A stretch of 60,258 nucleotides of DNA, counting the filler, from Sphacelaria rigidula (taxonomy: Eukaryota), in NCBI GenBank assembly GCA_964200075.2. It is 6 parts of 6 records of this genome, joined end to end, with 100 filler letters (N's around TTAATTAATTAA, not from the genome) between each part and the next. Parts side by side here need not be neighbours in the genome. Positions count along the whole stretch, not along the records: positions 10,061 to 20,020 come from CAXNAA020007410.1; positions 20,121 to 30,080 come from CAXNAA020007411.1; 4 more parts are not named here. One strand, given 5' to 3'. Every line of letters begins with the position of its first letter. The first letter of the stretch is position 1. Shown here piece by piece: positions 14,234 through 24,705 of the stretch. A model generated the notes under the pieces. The model saw only the letters and a program-made list of their open reading frames with translations, made no database searches and was not told where the DNA came from. Made by a program: the position numbers and the translations under genes.

Positions 14234-15974
14234 CCCCCNNNNNNNNNNGAGCCAAAAAAAAAAAGGAAGAAAAAAAAGGATGATTTTACTTTTACATACC
14301 CCGTGGCCCCCCCCCCCCCCCCCCCCGCCCCCCCCACGTCAAGATTTTTGTACTTGCGCGCAGAAGATCCTAGTAAAATTTCGGCTAAACCCCCCTCAAC
14401 TTAGGACCAGCGTCGATTTTCTTGTGTGACAGCGCTGCGCCCCTGTCATCTAAGTGATCCAGGAGACTCCACTTATAGAGGTAACGAGTTCGAATGTCGA
14501 CATATCCTTTTTGTGTACTGCAGGATCTGGTTCCGCCGCTGAGGTCATATATTATGCAGTACACTTTTCTTCCTCTTTCTTGCAGCGGCAAAGCGTGCAT
14601 GACTAGGATGGGCTGCAGCTCACAGCGATATGCTTAAATCGGGACTGACTCGGGAAACTGAAGAAGTTGTTGTGTGCTGAGGGTTTCTACTTTTCACAAC
14701 TGACCCAGCTCGTACCACGTCGGCTCTCTTCAAGCAAACGCTATTCGCTACTCACGTACTCGCCTCCTCACATTTTTAATATGGAAACCAGGCAATTGGA
14801 AAAAACCCAAAATGCATCTGCCGCGATTCGAACTCGCCGTCTTCCGCCTTCACCGGTTTGAGTTGTACCGGCTAGACTACCGGGCGCAGCGCCTCATTTT
14901 TTTGTCGCAGTTTGAACCTCTGCCCTTCCTCGGGACGAGGTCGTGGTCTCAAGGGATCAACCCATCTCTCCTCGGTACACGCGTTTCATTTTGGTCTCGC
15001 CGATTGGGTCAGCGCTCCCGCACCGCGTCAACTCTCGTCAAACAAACTCGGGAAACTATTCATACTCCTTGTTCACTCACGTTCTCACGCTTTCGACGGT
15101 GGAAATGAGATACTTTGAAGAAAAAAACCAACGCATCGGGAATCGAACCGACGTTCTCTTGACTCTCTAGGCGACAGTCGGACTATCACACCACCGGGGG
15201 GCGAATCATAGATCGGTACAAAGCGGGTGCCCCTGCGAGTCAGGTAGATATCTCTCTCAAACGACATGTTGAGAAACTTGCCCGTGACTTGACAAGGATG
15301 AGTGACTGTTCTCCTGCGAAATTCTGACGGGTGAGCGAGCAGTGCAAGTGCAGCATCGACGCGGCTGGATAAACTAAAGTGTCGTAGGTTTGGTATCACA
15401 CTTTTGAGTAGCAGGAACGATCACTATGATCAATAATAAGATGATGGTCTCAACGCAATCTCATCCCAGGTCGGACAACTCAATGATTCCGGTACATTAC
15501 AGAACTGTAAAGATGATAACCACGAGGGAAAGTTTGGTACCTCTGGACTGCAGGCCGAATGCATGTATCGGAGACGAGAGACGGTAGCTCGGGTACACAG
15601 AGTTGACGTCAACTTTTGAACCTTTCCGCAAAGGAATGAACTTGTACTTGTTACCACCGATACACTGCAACATACGACCAAGAGAATGTCGAGAAACACC
15701 GAAGCGCACAAATTGAGATGTAGCTAAATATAAGAAAAAAAGTTACAACGGATGCGTATGTGCAGATACTGCACAGCACGCTACTTCTGCCCCGCGCTGT
15801 CGTGTTGACTATCTTGTCTGTACAAGTACCGTGCGGCAGATGCAGTGCAGGCAGGTCAACTACGACATGAGGTATTCACTCACTTAAACTAACGAAGTAC
15901 TCGACAATGCCACTGTGTCCATCGACCCCTGTGGGAGGATTTCCGCTTGTTCCGAATAGAAGTACCTTCACCAT
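10413..15974 (-). CDS. NadD/NMNAT-like nucleotidyltransferase (nicotinate/nicotinamide-nucleotide adenylyltransferase family); 6 exons, 3' end uncertain
   Basis: Exons 15974-15884 (MVKVLLFGTSGNPPTGVDGHSGIVEYFVSL), 13386-13272 (QFDEIWVLPVYVHMFAAK..YDDRVEMC), 12236-12120 (LAFERHSSATTKVRVSRTE..), 11560-11482 (..RTSTYDVVEFLRAKHPGVE), 11003-10901 (FHFLVGTDAYQDLKKGKWRKSEELLKLLKFVVVD) and 10525-10413 (..TDISSTKIRD..). Phases agree at every junction. The GxxxNPP..GH, LVGxD, W and ISSTxIR motifs fit the family. The last exon either reads through to the stop at 10263 or splices beyond the contig end. Confidence 0.88.
14700..14888 (-). mobile_element. tRNA-headed SINE-like element (second family)
   Basis: On the minus strand, GCCCGGTAGTCTAGCCGG (A-box-like) and GAGTTCGAATCGCGGC (B-box) are followed by a non-tRNA body. 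Confidence 0.5.
14894..15202 (-). mobile_element. tRNA-derived SINE, copy 1 (in nadD-like intron 1)
   Basis: Head GCCCCCCGGTGGTGTGATAGTC...GGTTCGATTCCCGATGCG carries A/B boxes. Body and 3' end ...CCCGAGGAAGGGCAGAGGTTCAAACTGCGAC plus A-tail. Homologous along its length to 28327-28626. Confidence 0.8.
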
Positions 15975-16883
15975 GCGGATGGCTTTCTCTACTTCCCAAC
16001 ACTCGTCACGCAGCTGCAGTGCAACGGGTCAGGCTCGAGGGCAATCCCGAGGTTGTTTTTTCGATTTTCACATTTTCCTGGCTATTGTCAGACCCGATTA
16101 CCACAATCACCATGGGCCAAACGAAGCGGGAGTACATCGAACAAATATGAAGTTCCCTCGAGGACCAACAGCATCGTTTCAATGGTAGTTACATAATATA
16201 TTTTGAATCTAAAAAATTCGGGATAAAATATTACTATTAAAAACACCTTGACACCAAGGGTAGATCACGAAGTTTTGTTTTGGAGTATGACGAGCCCCGA
16301 TGAGTTTTCGAGTATGACAACTTCTCCGTGCTGTACTGTCCTGTACTGCGACATCGTAGGACATCCAGCGGACACGGTTGGAGTCGGGAGTCGGCCTTGT
16401 CGGAAAATTCTACCGTAGCAGCGTAACCTGTGGTGTGTGGCGCGGGATTCTGTGGGGTTTCATCGCTGTTAGTCAAGGAGAATGAAGTCATGGTTTCCAA
16501 ATATGGTCATGGCCATGATCAAAGGTCAGTGATGCGCGGTGTCGGTGTTGCGCAGTCTGGAATGGAGTGATGCTGCGGGGCGGTGCTCGCCACGGCGAGA
16601 GGGGGGCGGTGCTGGAGGTGATGCTAGATGATTCGCTATCACGTATATCCAGAAATAGGCATGGGCGTTGTCGGGGTGAAAGGCGCCACCACAGGCCTGC
16701 ATGTCTTCGGCCAGCGCAAGGTTCACTTTTCGTATGCCGCACCGTACTGCACTGGCTGTTGTACTGCACACACTGTCGGTACTGGTACAAGTACTGAATT
16801 GTTGTGGAGTATTGAGTACTGCACGCCAGCAGTCATACGACAAAGTAGTACAGCAGCTACGCAGACGAGATATGTGATGGCTA

Positions 16884-18074
16884 CGAGCTGGGCCAGCCGA
16901 TAATTGAATCTGTACTTTGCAGGCCCATTAACTGCCCAATATTTAGACTTGGACGCTGAAATTTGGTATGGACAATGAATACTCGTCGGGCACAATAAAA
17001 ACAAATACCAGTGCACACAAGTTTTTTTTCATGAGTTATGGGCGTTGTACTGATACCTGAAAATTAATTATTGCTCTTAACTCATGAACCTCCCCCCAAA
17101 AAAATCTTGTGTGCACTAGTGATTACTTTTATTATGCCCTATTCATTGTCCATCCCGAATTTCAGGATCCAACTCTAAATATTGGCCGGTTGATGGGCCG
17201 TTTAGCGACGGGGTCAGAAGAAATTCGGAACAGTATTTTGCAGGCCACTTACCGGCCCACGTTTGGTGTTTGTGTATTGAAGCTCTGTGTGGGCCCTCGC
17301 TAGGGCATAAGTAACAAAACAAAGTGGGCCAGGTCGATATTTTTTTTCACTGGTTTAGGGCGTTTGAGTATGGAAACGACCATCTTCCTACGAGAACGCC
17401 CGAACCTCTGCCAAGAAAAAATGAGGGTCCTTCTTCTTTTTATTCAGCATACCTCTGTGGTTATTTACGCTGAGTTTCAAATCATTATTCTGAACATTGA
17501 GCTAAAAAGTTGAGCTAAGGCCCAAGAGCAGTGTTCATTTCCCCTCAAAACTACCCTGCAAACGGAAGAAGAAAAAAAAAAGCTGTTTTCTTCAGCTTTA
17601 TTATGCACCACCGATTATTTCGAAATTTCATAGCATAACTCTCAAAAACTGAGACGCAATATCCAGATTTGGTTCATCTCATTGCCTTTGCTTGTAATAT
17701 ATTGATTTTAGTATTGAAAATTATGTGCGCCACATCTCGAGATGTATGACAAAATATATGAAGATGAGGGTATCTATCGTCTCCCCGTGCTCCAGGGAAT
17801 GTCCACACCAAAAATCGTCGTCATCCGCTGAATGTATCGATCGGGGTTTCATTTAGATTTTATTATGGACGCTATCTCGGTTAGGTATATAAATTACTAG
17901 ACATGAGGTTCAATCAACGAGGTAATATTGACCCAGACTTTTGAGCAGATGGGTACCTTTCCCTTGAATGGACGATTCATACGATTTGAGGATCGAGGAT
18001 CATGGCCCAACTCGTCTGTGTCGATGAGATATTGCTTTGAGATCTTAAATCCATTTCTAGGCTGGCCCAGCTCG
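16884..18074. mobile_element. Non-autonomous Tc1/mariner-like DNA transposon (~1.19 kb)
   Basis: TA|CGAGCTGGGCCAGCC ... GGCTGGCCCAGCTCG|TA: perfect 15-bp TIRs flanked by TA. AT-rich interior with no transposase ORF. Confidence 0.75.
17009..17118. mobile_element. Small CAGTG-ended MITE nested in the mariner-like element
   Basis: CAGTGCACACAAGTTTTTTT..TCATGAGTTA pairs with TAACTCATGA..AAAAAAATCTTGTGTGCACTA. Confidence 0.6.
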
Positions 18075-19193
18075 TACGGTCAACAGGGTGCACCTATCCA
18101 ACCCTGCCGACGAGATCAACTTACACTACCATTGAACGCACGGTACTGCATATCGCACCAGTTGCCGCACTATATTGTTTGTACGTGACTAAACTGTATT
18201 ATGCCCTAACCTACTGTCTCAACGGGTAGACTGGGCAATGCTACGTACGCATGGTGGCGCACGAGCTATTACAGTTTTTCGAGGCATCATCAGCCGCAGC
18301 CCATCCAAACGAGGGCTGTAGTCTGAATATAGTGTAATGTAGGAGAATTTGGGAGCAAGGAGAGGAGGTTAGAGGAATAGAGGAATAGAGAAGCTCGCGC
18401 GACCCCTGGTGATGAACCACCGCGAGTACAGTAATCGTTTTCTCTCATCTATCACTGTACTGACTGCACCCCCACCCTGATTGGTGCGTTGCCTGAGCGG
18501 ATTACGCGTGAAATATGAGCTGGGCCAGCCGTAAATACCATATACGCATATCAAACCACAATTTCTCAAGTTTCCCAATCAGCACGACTTGAGCCTATCG
18601 CTGTGAACTGCAGACCAACCTAGTTACGCACGGCTCCGCCGCTGGTCGATTGGCAGTTTCGGCGGTGACGTCAATGTACTGCATTGAGTACCGAATATGT
18701 CTCATGTTGCGTGATCGCGTGTCTGAAGACGTTTCGTTTCATAAGATGCGGTGGAATGACGATGGAAGTTTGCGCCGCACAGGCACACGAGCACTCGATA
18801 TGCGCAGGTAAAAGCACACCGATAGTTCGGCATCAACACTCGTCAACAGCTTAATCATCGGAGAGGACCTCCGAGTCGAGTGTCATACATCACCGTGAGA
18901 GGGAGAAGTACTACCTGAAACCGCATTTTTCGCAGTTGGGTCTCCTCAGAAGCGGACAGGTGCTTCGGATAGGTCTCGGAGAAGAATCAAATCCGCACTA
19001 AGGCGAGAAAGATCGGTTCGCACATGTTTCGGACAGGAGCTCGCACAAAAGTGCAGCGATCACCTTTTTCAATTGAAAGGAGAGCGTCGGTATAAAAATG
19101 AAGTCTACGACGGGAACCACATGATACGACAGGAAAAAAAATGCCGGATTATGCACCAAAAACAAAATCTGCCAGATTAGGGGGGATAAAAAA

Positions 19194-19265
19194 TGGTCGT
19201 GTCGGGATTCGAACTCGTGACCTGTGTAATTGGAGGCTCTAGTATCAGTTCAACCATCGCGGCGC
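19194..19265 (-). pseudogene. Degenerate tRNA-like sequence (SINE head or tRNA pseudogene)
   Basis: The minus strand has an intact T-arm GAGTTCGAATCCCG, but acceptor and anticodon stems pair poorly. Confidence 0.4.
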
Positions 19266-19431
19266 AGCGATGTCACCCAAAAAGTGCCCGGCTGGGCTCA
19301 ATGTCCGGAACTTTTGGCCGAAATTTTACCAGCGTCTCCTGCACGCAAGTATGTACAATATATATGGGGATGCCGCCGTTTTTCTTCCTTTCATGGAGTC
19401 ATGACATTTTTCTAGTTTTTGCTGACAATTC

Positions 19432-19614
19432 CAAGGTTGTGTTCTGTAGGGTACGGTTTCCCGTATACCCAGGGTATTTTGCCAGGTATTCACCGCACCC
19501 GACAGTTCTGTAAACTTTGTACTGCTTTAATATCGGTACCCGACAGTTTTGTAAGTTCTGTAAGGAACCTCATACCCTACAGAACGTACCCGTACCTTAC
19601 ACAGCACAAACTTG
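19432..19614. mobile_element. hAT-like MITE (CAAGG family)
   Basis: TIRs CAAGGTTGTGTTCTGTAGGGTA / TACCTTACACAGCACAAACTTG; flanks GACAATTC / GAAATTTC match at 6/8 as a candidate 8-bp TSD. Confidence 0.65.
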
Positions 19615-21684
19615 GAAATTTCAAATCGCCTCTTTTTTTCTTGGCATCCCGAGAAAGTGGCGCAAATTTCAGCGCCTAACTCCCCCAATTTACCACTGCT
19701 GAACCCCAAAACATTCAAAGATCACTGTCAGCTGACCCAGCTCGTACTGTAGTACGCATCTTGTTTTTTGTTACACTCTCAACCCCTGCCCTTTCTCGGG
19801 ATGAGTCCGTGGTCTCAAGCAACCTACACATAGTTCCCCCAGTACATGCCTTGCCTCCTGGTATCGCGAGTTGCACCAGCATTCGCACATCGCGTCGACT
19901 TTCGACGTGCGCTGTTTTTTCGCTTTTCACGTCCTTGTTTTTTTTATTCTTGATTTCCTCATACCTTATTATAGGTAGCTAGCCTGTGACCACGGAAGGC
20001 GTCCGCATCAGATGCCCAGTNNNNNNNNNNNNNNNNNNNNNNNNNNNNNNNNNNNNNNNNNNNNTTAATTAATTAANNNNNNNNNNNNNNNNNNNNNNNN
20101 NNNNNNNNNNNNNNNNNNNNTGGCGACAGGCAAGAAGAGACTACGGGATTTCTCCGCACGTCGATGCTCTGGCATATGAAAAATTTGGCACATGCTGGTA
20201 CGATCAAGGATGCCAGTCTCTCGAGAGTTTGGTAATCGCCGAGCGGGGAGACACAAAGGGCACGGGCGAGGAGCTTCCTCTCTGTCGTTGCTTCTCTCTC
20301 TGGTGATATCGTCATCGACATGCGTCACCGCATTTCGTTGGGTGCACCAAGCCAGAGTTGCTTAACCCTTGGACCGCGGTGCCCGTAGTCCATCTGGACC
20401 ACGCGTGTACTTTTTCCAAGTGAATATGGATGCCGATTCAGCAGGTGACCTACTCTCGCGGTCTGACGGTCAAGTCCCCCTGCGGAGTTTGGGGGGGGAG
20501 ATGCTTTCGCTGTGTGTTACTCTTTCGTATCTTCCCTGATTTGGAGAAATGCGACTTCAGCCCCATTCTAGTGTTGAACCCCAAAATTTCAAATCGGCTG
20601 TTTGCAGTCAACCTCTGACATTCAGACTTCTGAGAGCACGACGGAGTCTCATGGCGTTTTCTTTTTTCCCCTCCTGTATTCAAATTTCAGCAGCACGGAT
20701 GCATTCCACCGTTCCGTCTCGCTGGCTGACATTGATCATATCTGGAATAAGTCAGAGGATTAGGTCATGTTTTCAGCGACGGTACCAGCTCCCGTCGTGA
20801 TAACCAGTCGATTCTCTCCTTGGCTTTTCGCATTAAAAATTCCGCGATAAGTACATCAAACCAGCACGTCCACGGACCTTCTGGAAAACACCGATGTGGA
20901 ACCGTTACGTCGACCCCCTCCTTCAAACTGACTTGATCCGGCCCTGTAAGGATATATATATATATATATATATATATGCCAATGTTGTGGCATTTGGTTT
21001 TACGAACATACTGGGTATACCGCGACTGATGGCATACCCATATATTATTTGATGCACACGTGTGAAAACTTTCCAAAAACGCGCTCGGTGTGCTCAAATG
21101 ATTTTCTTTGGACCAAAAACCTCACAATACGGGCGTATGCGTTCAAACCATCGCCCTCAACATCGTGGTTCGCGCAGTTCAAACAACCACCCCGATTTGA
21201 TGTTGTAACTACGATAGTGATCACAGCGATTTCAACCCACAGTGCAATCAGTCGTGTTTTAAGGCTCGGGCGCAAAGGCTTTCGGCCGAAGCCTACCCAT
21301 AGCTCATTCTGGCGCCTTTCACCCGTATGCACAGGGTCAATCTCAAGATGGAAGACGCCTCCTTGTGATTGGATCTCGGACAACGGTTGAGCCCCCCCAG
21401 ATTGATTTCTGTCCCTCCACTGATGCTACACGCGCCACTTGACAATGTTTTGGAAATTATCAAACCCCGCGTTTCCAAATAAGCATACAGTGGGGCGATT
21501 CAGACCACTGCCTCAAAATTAGGCCGTCGTCCTCTGCCCGTTTTGAAAACACTTCGCGTCCATTGCTCTTTGTCTACGACAGACCCACATGAGGAAACCA
21601 GCGATGGACGGCTACACGCCGCAAAAGTGCCCCCCCCTTAATTTTTCGCTCGGACAGTAGACACACATCACAGAACTGAATCAA

Positions 21685-21919
21685 TGTCGTAAGGTTCAGG
21701 TTCAGGTTCGTGGTGCGGGTACACTGGGCTCGATCAGACTGTCATGATGGGTTCTATGGCAGCAGAATCCCGTGCGTCTTTGCATGATTCCCAACTGCGC
21801 AATGACCAACCCCATGTTGTCATTCTGGAGCTGGTTACCTAGTTTTACCCCCAAGTGGTATTGATCATAGCCGGTTGGATCCTTTCTCCTCGTGGGATCG
21901 GTAGTCATGTAGTGTAACA
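21685..21919 (-). mobile_element. Candidate LTR (235 bp) with adjacent polypurine tract
   Basis: TGT...ACA termini. On the minus strand the tract GGGGGTGAGAGG (21920-21931) directly precedes TGTTACA. Confidence 0.55.
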
Positions 21920-23421
21920 CCTCTCACCCCCAAAGCAGGTACACGTTTTGGCGCGGTAGCTGTTACCCCTGCAACCGTTCATCGTAGGATAATAAAATCA
22001 AGGCCACACACCAGCCTCCAAACAGGCTTGGGTGCCAAGCCAAGCCCTGTTACACCCACGAAGGAAATGACTTGTCGGTGCCCGGTCTCCTTTAATTTGG
22101 TGAGCGTACTTTTTCGTGCACGGAGCGCAACCGTGTCGAACCCGGCTTTCCATCGCTCAGCGGGTTGGGAAGAAACCCCAAGCAACAGCGCCGGTGGAGG
22201 GCCACGAGCGTGACCGAGGGCGGACTGTCCTGGACCAATTCCCAATAGCCCCCGGAGCAGCCGAACGTTTGGTGCGCTATACGCGTCACTCTCGGCGGGC
22301 TCGTCCGCATGACCCTATAAATATCCCTGATGACGCAGTTGCACCCGTCCACTGAGATTGTGAACAGGTGTGGGTTTCATTGAATAAAGGCAATACTGTC
22401 GACCGGGCGGATGTTTCCCAGATTTCGGACAGATCAACACCGCCCCCAGCCGACCCCTCACACACTATGTTAGAACCCATCACTGCAATAGCGTTGTCAT
22501 CTCTTGGGTCAAATCCCTCGCTGCCAGTTGGGTGTTCGTCTCCTTGTCATGGAAACCCCCCGTCTGAGTCTTCATCTCAAGGAAAACATAGCGTAGTGAC
22601 CGACGAGCCGTCCACGCTTGACCGCTTGTCCCCTGTCTTACCAATGTTGTCCTCAACTAAACCGGGTAGCGAATTGACTAGTGAAGCCAAATCGCCTTCA
22701 CCATTTGCCGAAACGTCACCTCGTTTGCCCCTACTAGATGCTGTAACCTCGCCAGCTTCGCAAACTGACGCTTTGCTACTTGTTGCGATCGACCAAGGTA
22801 TCTCAAACCAAACGCAACAGTTGCCACGGCCAGCCACGACAACTGCCCTTCCCAGGTATCGTCCATCCCCCACAGTATACGAAATTCAGCACTCGACAAT
22901 TCCTCAATAACTGCAAGAGACACTCCGTGCCTCAACCCACCCTCGGACAGAAACCTTGCTCCGAAGGATCATCAGCGTGTGTATTTCTGCGCAGCCGCTC
23001 ACAATCACAAGCACGATTTGTCCACAGATTTCTTGCCAGAACTTGGATCGGATCTATTCAGTGGAGCTGCAACCATGGGTGGTGCCTCCCTTCACAACGA
23101 AACTTACTACCAACTTGTGATGGACCCGCAATCTAAAGAACTGATGGCGTATTGTACACCGTCAGGCTTACGAATGGCTGATAACATCGCAGGGTGCCGC
23201 CGGCGCCCCCGGGGCGTTTCAACGTGTGATGTTTTGTGTGAGTGATGGATTCCTCCAAGTGCCATGTGTACCCCGACGATGCGGTAATACACGGTAGCAC
23301 ACTTCGGTATATGCCAAGCACTTGGCGTCTTCCTTCGATTGCTTCGAACAACGCATCTCGAAACTTGCCCCGTCCAGATCTTGCATTGGAGCGACTAGCA
23401 TCGAATTCCTGGGCCACTGCA

Positions 23422-23675
23422 GAGTCATCCTACGATAGGGGGGGGGGGGGAATTTGGTTGCACGAAAAAGAGGCTTATAAGTGTGTCAGACGACCTACCA
23501 CACTCGCGGTGCGCTTGTATTTGGTTCGAAACGATGTTAATCGGCATGAATGAGCGTCATGTATCTATAACAAGCTTATTCCAGAAACCGTTGCTGCTTT
23601 TAACGACTATTTGATCTGGAATTTCGTGCAACAAATGGCCCAAAATCCCCCCCCCCCCCTATCGTAGGATGACTC
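23422..23675. mobile_element. Sola-like MITE (254 bp) inserted in Gypsy RT
   Basis: Perfect TIR GAGTCATCCTACGATAG-G(n) and a 4-bp TSD TGCA on both sides. Removing the element and one TSD restores the frame FLGH-C-ITPEG. Confidence 0.88.
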
Positions 23676-24454
23676 TGCATCACTCCTGAAGGTCGTAGTC
23701 CAAATCTCAACAAGGTTGCTGCACATGCAGATGTGCCCATGCCACGAGATACATCTCCCCTGCGCTCCTTGCTCAGCGGTTTGAGCTACTACCGGTAGTA
23801 TTTGCCGAACCTAGCCCAGATCCTCAAACCTCTCACTCCCTTCTCAAAATCAAAAGGAGCAAAATTCGCGTGTACCTCGGAAATGAGGGAAACAGTGCAT
23901 CAACTGCTTGGCACACTTTCGCGACCACCAATCTTGCTGTTCCCAGACTGGTCGGCCGCTAAAAATCGTTCACGTCCGTTCCGATTTCACACGGATTCCT
24001 CCAAAAATTGAGCTTGGCTGCACGTTGGAGTAGGAGCAATCAGATGCTAATATTCGCCCCATTGTATATTTGAGTCGAACCACCTACCCAAACGAACAGA
24101 AGTGGTCGGTCATTGAGCAAGAAACCGGTGCGATTGTTTGGGGAGTACGACGTCTCCGTCAGTACTTGTATGACGTTCCGTACGTGCTTCATACATATCA
24201 TAAGTCTTTGGAAAACCTCGCAATAATGGCAGAACACAACGCACGTGTTCAACCCTGGTTTGAAGTCCTGTGTTACAACTTCACGCTGAAGTATCGAACA
24301 GGACCTCAAAACGCAAGCGCTGATTTTCTGTCTCGCTTGCCATCCCGGCCCAACCAATTGACAGCTCCGCCTTGGGACGTATTACGGATCCCACCGAAGA
24401 AATTGTATATTTCATTAGCAGAAACGATCATAGCGGAATCTACACACCACTCTC

Positions 24455-24705
24455 GAGTCATGCCACGTTAGGAGGGGGTGTTTGATTCCACGAAAACATT
24501 GGCTCATAGGTGCGTCAGATGACCCCACACAATCGCGATTCGCTTGTATTTGGGTAAAAGCGGTGTCAAACAGTATGGATGAGCGTCATAAACCGGAGGC
24601 AAGCGCGTTCGAGCTACCGTTGCTGCTATTAACGACGACTGCAAGTAGAATTTCATGGAAGAAAGCGGCCAAAAATACCCCCCCCCCCCAATCGTAGCAT
24701 GGCTC
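24455..24705. mobile_element. Sola-like MITE (251 bp) inserted in Gypsy pol
   Basis: GAGTCATGCCACGTTAGGAGGGGG ... CCCCCCAATCGTAGCATGGCTC; flanks TCTC/TCGC. Interior is homologous, in reverse orientation, to 39199-39446. Confidence 0.8.

Larger units (their letters stand above)
18516..19744. mobile_element. Second, more diverged mariner-like non-autonomous element
   Basis: TA|TGAGCTGGGCCAGCCG ... CAGCTGACCCAGCTCG|TA; similar termini and length to 16884-18074. Confidence 0.5.

Noticed and set aside
14132-14404. Poly-Pro / poly-Gly ORFs
   Set aside because: Produced by C homopolymers beside an N gap; low-quality sequence.
15130-15202. Functional tRNA genes here and at 28555-28626, 14815-14888
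   Set aside because: Stems pair poorly and each is fused to a repeated body, so these are SINE heads.
20362-20385. piggyBac-like end TTAA|CCCTTGGACCGC
   Set aside because: No matching opposite TIR found within the contig.
21045-21383. Possible hAT transposase relic (VEGDG..AY on the minus strand)
   Set aside because: Only one short motif; needs an HMM search.
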